A DNA stretch of 64,000 nucleotides. It comes from Chitinophagaceae bacterium (lineage in GTDB: Bacteria > Bacteroidota > Bacteroidia > Chitinophagales > Chitinophagaceae). The DNA is taken from positions 3,393-67,392 of the forward strand of contig JBIIQT010000008.1 in the NCBI GenBank assembly GCA_044341875.1. Direction: 5' to 3'. The position numbers were made by a program, and so were the translations under genes. Every line of letters begins with the position of its first letter. The stretch's first letter is position 1. Positions 19,981 through 30,805 of the stretch are shown here, piece by piece. A model generated the notes under the pieces. That model was not told the DNA's origin and made no database searches. It saw only the letters and a program-made list of their open reading frames with translations.

Positions 19981-21203
19981 AGAATGATCGTGTCCCTTGC
20001 TGTAAGACATGCCCCAATAACCCCAGCTTTTTCTCCCAATTGAGATATCTTGAGTTTGGTATCGTTGTTGACCAGGCTCAGGGAAAGTTTGTTGAGGGTG
20101 CTTCTGGCTGGGAGACGGATGTAGTCGCCGGTTTCAGAAAGAGCACCTCCAAGGATAAGTATTTCAGGGTTGAAAATATTGACCAATAAAGCCAATCCCT
20201 TGCCCAGTTTTTCTCCTATTTCTGAAATCAATTCAATACTGAGCTGGTCCTCATTCAGTGCAGCATTGATGATATCATTCATGGTGATGTCATCAATGGA
20301 CATATTTTTTTTCAATGCAGTCGAAGTCAGTCCCTTTTTTATCTGCTCTTTGAATTTTCTAACAAGGGCATGCCCAGATGCTTCTGTTTCCAAACAACCT
20401 TTTTTGCCACAATGACAAAGGATTTCATTTTCAAAAAGAGGAATATGTCCGAACTCACCGCTAAAACCTGATTTTCCATAATATACTTTTCCGTCAAGCA
20501 GGATCCCCATCCCCATGCCATAATCCATGTTGATGAACAGGATATTGTTTTCTTTTCTCAATTCGTTGGACTGAAATTCGCCATAAGCCATTGCCCTGGA
20601 ATCGTTTTCAAGAAATGTTGGTATGCCTATTTCATTTTGGATGATCTCGGCCAGGGGCTCCTCTTTGAAGTGGAAAAAGCTGAAACTATGACCTGTTTTG
20701 TGGTTGATTCTTCCTGTCAGGTTGATGCCGATGCCCAGTATTTGGGCTTTGCTGCTGGGGCCTTCACCCAGAAAGGACTTGATGAGCTGGATCAGGTTTT
20801 CAAGTGATTCTGGCGTGTTTTCAAGCCGGAATGGCACTTTTTCCTTCTGATAGATCATTTTCTTGGTAAAATCCATCAATCCAAAGTTGATATGGAATTT
20901 TTTAACATCCACCCCCAGAAAAAAACAGGCATCTGGAACAAGACCGAACATGCTGGCCCTGCGTCCACCGGTTGAATCAAGTTTTCCTTCATCCTGAATC
21001 AAACCATCCTGTATCAGCTCATTGATCAAGGAGGTAGTTTTGGGGACGCTGGTGCCCAAATCTTTGCTCAATTCAGTGATGGTGCTGTTGCCAGACTGGT
21101 TGATGTGGCTGATGATGAACTTTTTCAGGGACCTGTTTTTGAAAACAACCCCAGAGACTGCCTCATCATTGAATATATCAAGATTTGTTTTTTTCCTTTT
21201 CAT
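19977..21203 (-). CDS. ROK family transcriptional regulator (NagC/XylR-like)
   Basis: N-terminal HTH ([23 protein letters not shown]), [20 protein letters not shown] and [15 protein letters not shown]. Start 21203; convergent 4-bp overlap with proS. Confidence 0.92.
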   Translation of the reverse strand: MKRKKTNLDIFNDEAVSGVVFKNRSLKKFIISHINQSGNSTITELSKDLGTSVPKTTSLINELIQDGLIQDEGKLDSTGGRRASMFGLVPDACFFLGVDVKKFHINFGLMDFTKKMIYQKEKVPFRLENTPESLENLIQLIKSFLGEGPSSKAQILGIGINLTGRINHKTGHSFSFFHFKEEPLAEIIQNEIGIPTFLENDSRAMAYGEFQSNELRKENNILFINMDYGMGMGILLDGKVYYGKSGFSGEFGHIPLFENEILCHCGKKGCLETEASGHALVRKFKEQIKKGLTSTALKKNMSIDDITMNDIINAALNEDQLSIELISEIGEKLGKGLALLVNIFNPEILILGGALSETGDYIRLPARSTLNKLSLSLVNNDTKLKISQLGEKAGVIGACLTARDTIIL

Positions 21204-21443
21204 CGTTTTTCGAAGGTCAAATCTATGATTTATCTGTTTTAATCTTGACATTGACTGTTGAATGTTGTATTTATTTCTAGCCTTATTTAACAAGTAAATG
21301 GTCTTGGTTGGGCTGGGTAAGCTGTATTTTTTGTTGATATACGATCCAAATTAGATAATAAAAAAATTAACAAAGTTGCGTTAGTTTACAAATATTTTAT
21401 AAATTGTTAACCTATTTGAGCTGTAGTATTATAAATTATCCCA

Positions 21444-22655
21444 ATGGTACAAGAATTAAAAGAGGATGTAGTGAACCGTATATTGAACTATTCAGAACGC
21501 TATCATCAGGAATTGGTGAGCAATGTGCTTCCATTTTGGCTTGAGCATAGCAGGGATGAGAAGCATGGCGGCTATTTCACCTGTTTAGATCAGCATGGTA
21601 AGGTATACGACACTGACAAGTTCATGTGGTTGCAGGGAAGAGAGGTATGGTGTTTTTCGACCATGTACAGGCTCGTAGAACAAAATCCGGCCTGGAAGGA
21701 AATGGCACTTCATGGAGCATCCTTCATGAAAAAGTTTGGCCGGGATGCACAAGGAAACTGGTATTTCTCTCTTACTGCAGATGGTAAGCCACTGGTTCAA
21801 CCCTACAATATTTTTAGTGATTGCTTTGCTACCATGGCATTTGCCGCATTGAATAAAATTGACCCTTCACCAGAATACAGGGCAATCGCACTCGATACTT
21901 TTGAAAACATTATTGTACGGCAACACAATTGGAAAGGTGTTTACAATAAATCATTTCCTGGTTCCAGGCCAATGAAGAATTTTACACTTCCCATGATTCT
22001 GTGTAACCTGAGTTTGGAGCTCGAAGATATTCTAGGGAAGGAAAGGGTTGACTCATTTATTCCGACGGTTGTCCATGAGGTGATGGATGTTTTTTACAGG
22101 CCAGAGCTTGGTCTGATTGTTGAAAATGTGAATCAAGACGGAAGCCTTTCAGATACATTTGAAGGAAGATTGATGAATCCCGGTCATGCTATTGAAGCCA
22201 TGTGGTTCATCATGGATCTGGGAAAGCGCATGAACGATGTTGCACTGATTGAAAAGGCAAAGAACATCATGTTAAAAACGATAGAACATGCCTGGGACAA
22301 ACAGTATGGTGGATTGTTCTATTTCATGGATACAGAAAACAAACCAATGCAGCAGCTGGAGTGGGACCAAAAACTCTGGTGGGTACATGTAGAATCCCTG
22401 GTGGCATTGGCCAAGGGATATGCGCTTACCAATGACCCCGCCTGCTTAAAATGGTTTGATACCATGCATGCATATACCTGGGAGAAATTCCGTGATCCTG
22501 AAAACGGAGAGTGGTTCGGTTATTTGAACCGACGTGGAGAGGTGCTCAGCAGTGCCAAAGGTGGTAAATGGAAAGGCTGTTTTCATATTCCCAGGGCCTT
22601 GTATCAGGTTTCAAAAACATTCAGCGATTTACTCGCTACCTCAAATGAAAAATAG
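21444..22655 (+). CDS. N-acylglucosamine 2-epimerase (AGE family; ManNAc/GlcNAc)
   Basis: GGYFTCLD, DKFMWLQGREVW, MNPGHAIEAMWF, KLWWVHVE and GGKWKGCFHIPRAL (catalytic His motifs). Confidence 0.92.
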   Translation: MVQELKEDVVNRILNYSERYHQELVSNVLPFWLEHSRDEKHGGYFTCLDQHGKVYDTDKFMWLQGREVWCFSTMYRLVEQNPAWKEMALHGASFMKKFGRDAQGNWYFSLTADGKPLVQPYNIFSDCFATMAFAALNKIDPSPEYRAIALDTFENIIVRQHNWKGVYNKSFPGSRPMKNFTLPMILCNLSLELEDILGKERVDSFIPTVVHEVMDVFYRPELGLIVENVNQDGSLSDTFEGRLMNPGHAIEAMWFIMDLGKRMNDVALIEKAKNIMLKTIEHAWDKQYGGLFYFMDTENKPMQQLEWDQKLWWVHVESLVALAKGYALTNDPACLKWFDTMHAYTWEKFRDPENGEWFGYLNRRGEVLSSAKGGKWKGCFHIPRALYQVSKTFSDLLATSNEK

Positions 22656-22712
22656 TTTTATCCATCCATATAAAATAAGCATCAACAGAACCATTTTAAA
22701 CAAAAAACAATC

Positions 22713-25700
22713 ATGAAAAAGCTAACGCTTATCCTAACCATGCTCTGTACTTCCTGGTTGTTGGGTTTTTCCCAGCAGTCTAGAATCAGCGGAAAGGTGA
22801 CCAGCAGCGAGGGAGGAGCACCTGCAGAGGGTGTTTCCGTTCTTGTCAAGGGTGCCAAAAACGGTACAAGAACCAATTCCGCTGGTGAATTTACCATCAA
22901 CGCATCCACCGGACAAACCATCGTTCTTTCCGGTATTGGCTTTGCCTCAAAGGAGGTAGTGGTCAATGGCAATCAGTTGGATATAACCCTTACCTCTACT
23001 TCTTCAAGTCTTAATGAAGTAGTTGTGGTAGGATATGGTACACAGAAAAAAGCAAATCTTACCGGATCAGTTGTCTCGCTTAAGCAAGAGGATCTATTGA
23101 AGCGTCAGGTAGCCACTGCAAGCAACCTTTTGCAAGGTCTTGCACCAGGTGTAACAGTGACCCAACAATCAGGACGCCCTGGTGCTGATGGTGCCTCCAT
23201 CCGGATTCGCGGCTTGAGTTCCATTTATGCTGGTCAGAGTCCATTGATCATGGTTGATGGAGTTGTTTCGAGCCTGGATGCCATTGATCCCAATGCCATT
23301 GAGAGCATTACGATTCTCAAGGATGCAGCATCAACCGCCATTTATGGAACACGTGCAGCCAATGGTGTTGTGTTGGTAAAAACCATTCGTGCAAAGGGTA
23401 AAGGCGTCAAGGTGAGCTACAACAGTTTTGTTTCCAAGCAGATTGCAACTGCAATGCCTGAAAGGACAACCGCTATTGAGCACATGGAACTGAGCAATGT
23501 AGCAGAACAAAACAGAACAGGAAACCCCGCCGCATTCCTTTTCCAACAGCCATTGATTGACAAATACAAAACTACACCGGCGAATAATCTTGATGTTATT
23601 GACAACGACTGGGTGGACCTCTTGTTTACCAATTCTGCATTGATGCAGAACCATAACGTAACGCTTAATTCGGGTGGCGAGAATACCAATGTATTCACCT
23701 CCGTTACCTACCTGGATCAGCAGGGCCTGATTCCCAATAACAGTTTCAAGCGCTATGATATTCGTTTCAATCCTGATTTCAAGCTGAGAAAAAACCTGAC
23801 CTTGAGTGGGGTTTTCAACTATAACTTCAGCAAGAATACGGCTCCATCAACATCCAGTCCTGAATTTATCATCCGTCAGGCCATTGGATTGCCTGCAATC
23901 GGTGCCGCTAAATTTGGTCCTGGAATGTATGGAACTGCAGGACAGACCAACAATAGAAATCCACTGGCCCAGGCCGAAGCTGCAGGTACATCCGTTTCTG
24001 AAAACAATTCATTCCTGAGTAAAATTGCGCTCAATTACAAGCCCATTGAAAGCCTTGAATTGGAAGCCTATTGGTCTCGCGAGCATTGGACCCCCCATGG
24101 AAAGACTTTTACCAAGAATGCAGACATTTATGTGCCGAACCTGGTTACTTCAGGATATGACAAGATCAGCCAGTGGCCTGGTTCCACTAGCCTTGGAGAG
24201 TCTTATTCGTCGAACACAAGGAATACCATGCTCGCACAGGCAACTTTTTCCCAAAACTTTGGCAACCACCAATTCAAATTGTTGGCTGGTGGTCAAACAG
24301 AGGAATTCTTGTATGAAGGCATCTCCGCTTCCAGAACTGGTTTCAATAACCCTGATCAACCCTATCTGAATCTTGGTGCTGCAGACAGAAACAATGCTGG
24401 TTCCGCCTACCAAACTGCGCTGGCTGGTTTTTATGCAAGGATGAACTACAGTTATGACGATAAATATCTTCTCGAAGTCAATGGCCGATATGATGGTTCA
24501 TCAAGGTTTTCACAGGCCTTGAACAAGCAATGGGGCTTTTTCCCATCTGCTTCAGCTGGATGGATCTTCTCCAAAGAGAAATTCTTTGATGGCCTGTCAG
24601 GTTTGATCAATTTCGGAAAAATCAGGGCCTCCTATGGCTTGCTGGGAAATCAGGCGTTGCCAGAGATCTATCCTTTTGCTGTGAATTACCAAACCTCAAC
24701 GTATTCCAATCCCAACAATGGAACAAGCACTTATTTGAACAATGTTACCACGCTGGGATATGCATTGCTGGATGCGCCCAACCCGGGCATCACATGGGAG
24801 AACTCAGCACAGATGAACGTAGGTATTGACCTTACAGTGAAGCGAAACCTTACCCTGACATTTGATTATTACAAGCGCGCCATCAGTGAAATTCTTTTGT
24901 CGAGGCCCATTCCTTCCTATATTGGCTTGAGTCCTCCTTTTGTAAATGCCGGAGACATGACCAATACAGGTTGGGAGGTGAGTGCGAATTACAAAGCCAA
25001 TATCAGCAAGAAATTTAGGCTTGATGCAACCCTTATGCTGAGTGATGTTGTGAACGAAGTAACAGCATTGCCTGGTGTACCTTTCCTGGATGGAGGTTCT
25101 TCGCGTACAGCAGTTGGACAGGCCTTGTGGTCCTATTTTGGTTATCAAGCGATTGGATATTTCAAGGACGCCAATGATATCACCAGTTCACCGGTTCAGT
25201 TTGGTGTTCCCTTTAGTGCAACCACTGCCAATGGCCCCAAGCCTGGAGATGTAAAATATGCCGATATCGGCGGTGCTAATGGAAAGCCAGACGGAATAAT
25301 TGATGCTTTTGACAGGACCTTTATTGGTAACAGCTTTCCTCGCTATGAATACAGTGTTAACCTTAACCTTAGCTATGTGAACTTCGACCTTAACTTGTTT
25401 GGACAGGGTGTAGGATTGAGGAACAATTATCTCAGCGGTACAGGTGCCATTCCTTTCAACAGCAGTGATTTTGTTGCTTCACTTCTCTCTATACACAAGG
25501 ATTACTGGACACCTTCCAACACCAATGCAACCTTCCCCCGTTTGTTGCCTTCCGGTTCAGGTGGAACAAATTTTGTTGCATCCGACAAATGGATCAGGAG
25601 TGCTGCCTACTTCAGGATCAAGAACATCAATCTTGGATACAGGTTGCCTTCATCTGTCATCAAAAGGTTGAAGATTACTGGAGCAAAGGTTTACGCCAGC

Positions 25701-25823
25701 GGACAAAACCTGTTGACGTTCTCAGATACCTGGAATGGGTTTGATCCTGAAATCAACAGCCAGTCAGGCCAGTTTTATCCTTTGATGAAAACCTTCACAG
25801 TAGGGGTGAACCTCAACTTCTAA
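22713..25823 (+). CDS. susC: SusC/RagA TonB-dependent transporter
   Basis: Signal peptide, LNEVVVVGYGTQKK, IESITILKDAASTAIYGTRAANGVVLV, RYDGSSRF, C-terminal Phe. Confidence 0.96.
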   Translation: MKKLTLILTMLCTSWLLGFSQQSRISGKVTSSEGGAPAEGVSVLVKGAKNGTRTNSAGEFTINASTGQTIVLSGIGFASKEVVVNGNQLDITLTSTSSSLNEVVVVGYGTQKKANLTGSVVSLKQEDLLKRQVATASNLLQGLAPGVTVTQQSGRPGADGASIRIRGLSSIYAGQSPLIMVDGVVSSLDAIDPNAIESITILKDAASTAIYGTRAANGVVLVKTIRAKGKGVKVSYNSFVSKQIATAMPERTTAIEHMELSNVAEQNRTGNPAAFLFQQPLIDKYKTTPANNLDVIDNDWVDLLFTNSALMQNHNVTLNSGGENTNVFTSVTYLDQQGLIPNNSFKRYDIRFNPDFKLRKNLTLSGVFNYNFSKNTAPSTSSPEFIIRQAIGLPAIGAAKFGPGMYGTAGQTNNRNPLAQAEAAGTSVSENNSFLSKIALNYKPIESLELEAYWSREHWTPHGKTFTKNADIYVPNLVTSGYDKISQWPGSTSLGESYSSNTRNTMLAQATFSQNFGNHQFKLLAGGQTEEFLYEGISASRTGFNNPDQPYLNLGAADRNNAGSAYQTALAGFYARMNYSYDDKYLLEVNGRYDGSSRFSQALNKQWGFFPSASAGWIFSKEKFFDGLSGLINFGKIRASYGLLGNQALPEIYPFAVNYQTSTYSNPNNGTSTYLNNVTTLGYALLDAPNPGITWENSAQMNVGIDLTVKRNLTLTFDYYKRAISEILLSRPIPSYIGLSPPFVNAGDMTNTGWEVSANYKANISKKFRLDATLMLSDVVNEVTALPGVPFLDGGSSRTAVGQALWSYFGYQAIGYFKDANDITSSPVQFGVPFSATTANGPKPGDVKYADIGGANGKPDGIIDAFDRTFIGNSFPRYEYSVNLNLSYVNFDLNLFGQGVGLRNNYLSGTGAIPFNSSDFVASLLSIHKDYWTPSNTNATFPRLLPSGSGGTNFVASDKWIRSAAYFRIKNINLGYRLPSSVIKRLKITGAKVYASGQNLLTFSDTWNGFDPEINSQSGQFYPLMKTFTVGVNLNF

Positions 25824-25842
25824 TCCAAGTAAAACATTTAAC

Positions 25843-27618
25843 ATGAAAAAGATATTTCTATACAGTTTCCTGATCTTGCTGGTAGCCCTTGGCGGTTGCG
25901 ACAAGTTTCTGGACAGACAGCCACTGGACAGTATTTCATCAGAAACGTTTCTTGCCACTGAGCAAGAAATGGAGCTTGGTTTGAATGGTGTTTATGCGGC
26001 TTCTTTTTGGGCATTGGCCAACAATACCCCACTTCATTTTGCGATTGAATCCGCTACAGACCTGGCCATCAAGCGTACAGGAAATTCCGAAGACCAAGTA
26101 GCAATGGGAGATGGTGGTCCATTCCTTGTGGGCAATGCACTGACCTCAACAGCTTGGAGCCAAGCGTATAAGCTGGTTTCAAGGGCCAACTACCTTCTGG
26201 ATGGCATGAAGAAAGGCCAGGCTGCAGCTGCTCCAAGAACCTATAGCCGCATAAGGGCTGAGGGTCTTGTGCTCCGTGCCTGGGCTTATTATCACCTCAT
26301 GGGATGGTTTGGTGATCCCATCTTCTACACCAAGCCACTGTTGCCTTCAGAGTATGAGACATTGTCAAGAACTCCTGTTGCAACTGCCGCACAAGAACTG
26401 TACAAGGATCTAGATGAAGCCGTTTCATTGTTTGATGCAGCTGGGGCCAGTCCTATTATTTTGTATGGAAGGGTGAACAAAGGTGTTGCACTGGGCCTTA
26501 AAGCCAAATTGGCCATGTTGATCAAAGACAACAAAACAGCTGCAGCTGCATCCAAAGCAGCCATGGACATGAATGCTTATGGCCTGAATCCTCGCTACAC
26601 TGATTTGTTCATGTTGGCAGGACAGCGTTCGAATGCAAACCGTGAAATCCTTTTTGCCCAAACCTATCCAACCGATGTGTTGGATCCTCAAAACTGGCTC
26701 GCTGTTCTAACGATTCCTCGCCAGGTGGGAACTTCTCAGAGCAGTCATTTCCCATCACAGGCATTGTTTGATCGCTACGAAATGAGAGATGGCAGAAGAA
26801 TCGATCAGTCTGCATTGTATGATCCCAGAAATCCTTCAGCCAATCGTGACAGAAGGTTGAAATGGACCATCTATTCTCAAGGGGACACGATGGTACACAA
26901 TACTGCAAAATCACCATCATTGCCTTATGTGCAGCCCAAAGAACGCACCATCTACAATATCTATACCAATGTGCGCATCAAATGGAATTGGAGCACCAAC
27001 CGTTATGACAATGTTGCCAGCAATATTGATTGGATTGGATTCCTCAATTCTCCATGGTTCGCAGGCTCTACAGGATCTTCAGGTGGTGTCGGATATGTGT
27101 GGAGCAAGTACATTGATTCAACCCAATATTCCTGGGAGACCAAAACCGGTTATATCCTTATGCGTTATGCAGATGTTTTGCTGACCTACGCTGAGGCCAA
27201 AATTGAACTCAATGAAATTGATCCAACTGTTTTTGCTGCGATCAATGCAGTAAGGGCTCGTGCTGGTCAACCTGCTGTTACAACAGGTACCCAAGCTGCC
27301 TTGAGGGAATTGATCAGAAGGGAGCGGGCAGTTGAATTTGGTGGCGAAGGGTTAAGGTTGATGGATTTGCGCAGATGGGATATTTACAACAAGGCCATGA
27401 CAGGTCCTGTGGTTGGTGTTTCATTGAGTCTCACTGATCCTGCAGCAGCGCCAAGCTTTGATGCAGATGGCGTTCCCAATTACAATGCAACAATAGCCAA
27501 AAGATTGAAAACCAGAAACCAGACAAGGGAAAATACCAACGTCAAATACAAACTCTGGCCCATACCACAGGGTGAGTTGGATAAGAATCCTAACCTTAAA
27601 CAGAATCCAGGTTGGTAA
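25843..27618 (+). CDS. susD: SusD/RagB lipoprotein
   Basis: Lipobox ALGGC-DKFLD; MRYADVLLTYAEA, ERAVEFGGEG.RLMDLRRW and WPIPQGELDKNPNLKQNPGW motifs. Confidence 0.95.
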   Translation: MKKIFLYSFLILLVALGGCDKFLDRQPLDSISSETFLATEQEMELGLNGVYAASFWALANNTPLHFAIESATDLAIKRTGNSEDQVAMGDGGPFLVGNALTSTAWSQAYKLVSRANYLLDGMKKGQAAAAPRTYSRIRAEGLVLRAWAYYHLMGWFGDPIFYTKPLLPSEYETLSRTPVATAAQELYKDLDEAVSLFDAAGASPIILYGRVNKGVALGLKAKLAMLIKDNKTAAAASKAAMDMNAYGLNPRYTDLFMLAGQRSNANREILFAQTYPTDVLDPQNWLAVLTIPRQVGTSQSSHFPSQALFDRYEMRDGRRIDQSALYDPRNPSANRDRRLKWTIYSQGDTMVHNTAKSPSLPYVQPKERTIYNIYTNVRIKWNWSTNRYDNVASNIDWIGFLNSPWFAGSTGSSGGVGYVWSKYIDSTQYSWETKTGYILMRYADVLLTYAEAKIELNEIDPTVFAAINAVRARAGQPAVTTGTQAALRELIRRERAVEFGGEGLRLMDLRRWDIYNKAMTGPVVGVSLSLTDPAAAPSFDADGVPNYNATIAKRLKTRNQTRENTNVKYKLWPIPQGELDKNPNLKQNPGW

Positions 27619-27639
27619 ACATGGATTGAAACAATTGCA

Positions 27640-27664
27640 CAAGGCCGGACAAGTTCCGGCCTTG
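27640..27664. terminator. Hairpin between convergent susD and GHL10 genes
   Basis: Perfect 10-bp stem caaggccgga/tccggccttg abutting the minus-strand stop codon. Confidence 0.7.
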
Positions 27665-28870
27665 TTATTTTATGAAAGGGTATTGGCCCTGAAACCAGGG
27701 AAGGGATTCTTTCACACCTTCATAGAAAAAAAATACTTCCCCCTTAAATCCGTTGTTGCGGTTGCCCTGGATCATTTGAGACAGAAATCCGGGTGAAGCC
27801 AAATAGGTTCCAGATTTGATGAGTACTCCAGGGTAAAAGGGAATATTGTTGTTCCTGTAATATGATTTTTGTTGTAAGACGGTTGCCGTGTAAGCCGCAA
27901 TATCATAGCGATAACATTGTGGAATAACTGCATCCACCCAGCTGCTGTCTACCCATGTTGGCCAGTCTTGCAAATACTCTTCCAAGGCCCACGGATAGGC
28001 GCTTGGCGACATGGTTACCTGAATGCCGGGTTTCAATGTTTTCATTTCTTTGTGAAGCCGTTTCATGAATGCGTTCAGCTTTTTCGCCCGCCAGTTCAGC
28101 CATCCAGCATCCTTGATGTTGGTGGGAGGCAAGGCGCCATTGTTTTCAAGCTTATACTGGGCAATGGTATAATCATCATATCCAGCAGAAGAGGGAAGCG
28201 CAGGCAGCCTGTCGTCTCCCTGAACGCCATCCACTTCATATTTTGATACCACTTCCTTGAAGAGATCAATCATGTATTGTTGTACTTCAGGATCAAATGC
28301 ATTGAGCCAATCAAATCCGTTTTTGACAACCAGTGCGCCATTCTGGTCCCTTGCCGCCCATTTGGGTTTTGCAGCAATGATGGATCCTCCCTGGGCGCTG
28401 AAGGAAGATGAAAAACCATACTCAAACCAGGCATGTACCTTGATGCCAGCGTTTTTGGCAGCGGTAATCATCTCTCTCAATGGGTCCCTTCCCTGAAATT
28501 TTTCCAGCTGTCTGTTGCCAGTAAGTTTGAACATCACATCACTCGGATAAATGGTCCTGGCATTGTTGTAGACAACAATGAATATGTTGTTGATTCCTGC
28601 TTTTTTGCAGTTGTCTACCGTCTGCAAGATATTGTCGTTGTTGTCCAGTGCATTGCTTGCTGTGGTGGTAATCCAAACACCCCTCATGGCATTGACATCC
28701 CATACTGGCGAAGGCGGTGGTTTGGGTGTGGGCGTTGTTCCCCCGCTCCCTGATCCGGTATTGTTTTTTTTGCAGGATTGTAGTAACATAAAACCGAGGC
28801 AAAACACCAAGGCCACTTTTACAATGCGTATATTGTTGATTGCTTTAAATTGCTTGGGTACCTCTTTCAA
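27665..28870 (-). CDS. Glycosyl hydrolase-like family 10 (GHL10/DUF187) lipoprotein
   Basis: Lipobox LLQSC, Gly/Pro linker, MRGVWI, GRDPL, GIKVHAWFEYG and VDGVQGDD motifs. Exact start uncertain. Confidence 0.85.
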   Translation of the reverse strand: MKEVPKQFKAINNIRIVKVALVFCLGFMLLQSCKKNNTGSGSGGTTPTPKPPPSPVWDVNAMRGVWITTTASNALDNNDNILQTVDNCKKAGINNIFIVVYNNARTIYPSDVMFKLTGNRQLEKFQGRDPLREMITAAKNAGIKVHAWFEYGFSSSFSAQGGSIIAAKPKWAARDQNGALVVKNGFDWLNAFDPEVQQYMIDLFKEVVSKYEVDGVQGDDRLPALPSSAGYDDYTIAQYKLENNGALPPTNIKDAGWLNWRAKKLNAFMKRLHKEMKTLKPGIQVTMSPSAYPWALEEYLQDWPTWVDSSWVDAVIPQCYRYDIAAYTATVLQQKSYYRNNNIPFYPGVLIKSGTYLASPGFLSQMIQGNRNNGFKGEVFFFYEGVKESLPWFQGQYPFIK

Positions 28871-28951
28871 AATTGTTGTTTTTGTTTTTAAAAATAATTA
28901 ATAAATTGATTTGAGTTTATAAAAATTATAAGAAAAGATTTAACTTGACGC

Positions 28952-30805
28952 ATGCAACTGCACTGGCTTGATTTATTGATCATCATGGCCTATTTGGTCA
29001 TGACACTTCTTTTGGGATTTTATTTGTCTAAACGGGCATCAAAAGACCTGGCATCTTATTTTCTTGGTGGCAATACCATGAAATGGTACATGCTTGGACT
29101 GTCCAACGCCTCTGGCATGTGGGACATCAGCGGCACCATGTGGACCGTCATGATTTTGTTTGTTTATGGGCTCAAAAGCGCCTGGATTCCATGGCTCTGG
29201 CCTGTATGGAACCAGGTCTTTGTCTTTGTATTTCTTGCCGCCTGGATGCGGAGAAGCAATGCTATGACAGGTGCGCAATGGATCAGTTTCCGTTTTGGAG
29301 AAGGTCGGGGGGCAAAGCTGTCATACATTATCATTGTGGTATTTGCATTGGTGAGCGTGATCGGCTTCATGGCTTATTTCTTTGAAGGGATAGGTAAGTT
29401 TTGTACTTCAATCCTGCCGTATGATCTTTCTTTTCACATAGGCTCCTTCCTGATTTCCAATGAGCAATCCTATGCATTGTTGATCTGTGGTATCACCACA
29501 ATTTACACCGTTAAGGGTGGCATGTACAGTGTTGTGGCAACAGAAATCTTGCAGTTTTTCATCATGACCATCAGCTGTTTTGTCATTGGCTATATCGCAT
29601 ACACAGCTGTTACACCAGCACAAATTGCTGAGGCTGTTCCCAATGGCTGGGGGAACCTCTGGTTTGGCATGGATCTCGGACTGGATTGGTCTTCCACTCC
29701 TTATCCCTTGGTGAATGATAAAATTGATGGCGATGGATTTGGATTGTTTGGGGCCTTGTTCATGATGATGTTGTTCAAGGGTGTTTTTGCCTCACTTGCG
29801 GGCCCTGTTCCCAGTTATGATATGCAAAGGGTATTGAGTACCCGCACCGCTGCTGATGCTGCCAAAATGAGCATGAGCACCATTCTGGTGATGTACATGC
29901 CCCGTTACCTGATGGTGGCTGCTTTTGCGGTATTGGGTTTGGTTTATCTCAAGCCTGAAATCGTAGGAATGGGCGCCAATATTGATTTTGAAAAAGTGCT
30001 GCCACTGGCCATCAATAAGTTTGTCCCCATAGGTTTCAAAGGCATATTGATTGCAGGGTTATTGGCGGCCTTCATGGGCACTTTTTCTGCTGTGGTCAAT
30101 GCGGCTCCTGCCTATATTGTCAATGATATTTACAAGAAATACGTCAATCCTAATGCCTCTTCAAAAAAACTGATACGCTATAGTTTATTGTCATCGATTT
30201 TGTTGGTCGCGGTGGGTATAGTTTTTGGATTCAATGCCGCTTCTTTGAATACACTGACCCTTTGGATTACATCTGCATTGTATGGTGGATATGCCGCTTC
30301 CAATATGTTGAAATGGATTTGGTGGAGATTCACTGGATATGGTTATTTCGGCGGCATGTTGGCAGGCCTGATCATCAGCACCTGCATCCTCTTTTTCAAA
30401 CAACCTCTGTTGGATTTTGCAGGCATTGAAGGAGTCGTACCCGATATTTATCTTTTCCCATTGGTGCTGTTGTTTTCCATGATCGGTTGTATTGTGGGTA
30501 CCTATCTCATGCCACTTGAAAATATTGAGGATGTAAAAAACTTCTATAAAAAAACCAATCCCTGGGGTTTTTGGGGGCCCATCAAGCAGATGGTCATGCA
30601 GGAAGATCCTGGTTTTGTTCCCAACAATTCATTGGGAAGAGATGCTTTCAACGTATTGGTTGGGATGGTCTGGCAGATGGCACAGGTCGTTATCCCTATT
30701 TATTTTATGATCAGGGATCAGCAACAGTTGGCCATATGGACCATGCTTTTCTTTGTCAGCAGCTGGTTGTTGAAAAAATATTGGTGGAATAAACTGGAAA
30801 ACTAA
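28952..30805 (+). CDS. Sodium:solute symporter family transporter
   Basis: Many TM segments; YFLGG..MKWYMLGLS, GGMYSVVATE, QRVLSTR and GLLAAFMGT motifs. Confidence 0.92.
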   Translation: MQLHWLDLLIIMAYLVMTLLLGFYLSKRASKDLASYFLGGNTMKWYMLGLSNASGMWDISGTMWTVMILFVYGLKSAWIPWLWPVWNQVFVFVFLAAWMRRSNAMTGAQWISFRFGEGRGAKLSYIIIVVFALVSVIGFMAYFFEGIGKFCTSILPYDLSFHIGSFLISNEQSYALLICGITTIYTVKGGMYSVVATEILQFFIMTISCFVIGYIAYTAVTPAQIAEAVPNGWGNLWFGMDLGLDWSSTPYPLVNDKIDGDGFGLFGALFMMMLFKGVFASLAGPVPSYDMQRVLSTRTAADAAKMSMSTILVMYMPRYLMVAAFAVLGLVYLKPEIVGMGANIDFEKVLPLAINKFVPIGFKGILIAGLLAAFMGTFSAVVNAAPAYIVNDIYKKYVNPNASSKKLIRYSLLSSILLVAVGIVFGFNAASLNTLTLWITSALYGGYAASNMLKWIWWRFTGYGYFGGMLAGLIISTCILFFKQPLLDFAGIEGVVPDIYLFPLVLLFSMIGCIVGTYLMPLENIEDVKNFYKKTNPWGFWGPIKQMVMQEDPGFVPNNSLGRDAFNVLVGMVWQMAQVVIPIYFMIRDQQQLAIWTMLFFVSSWLLKKYWWNKLEN

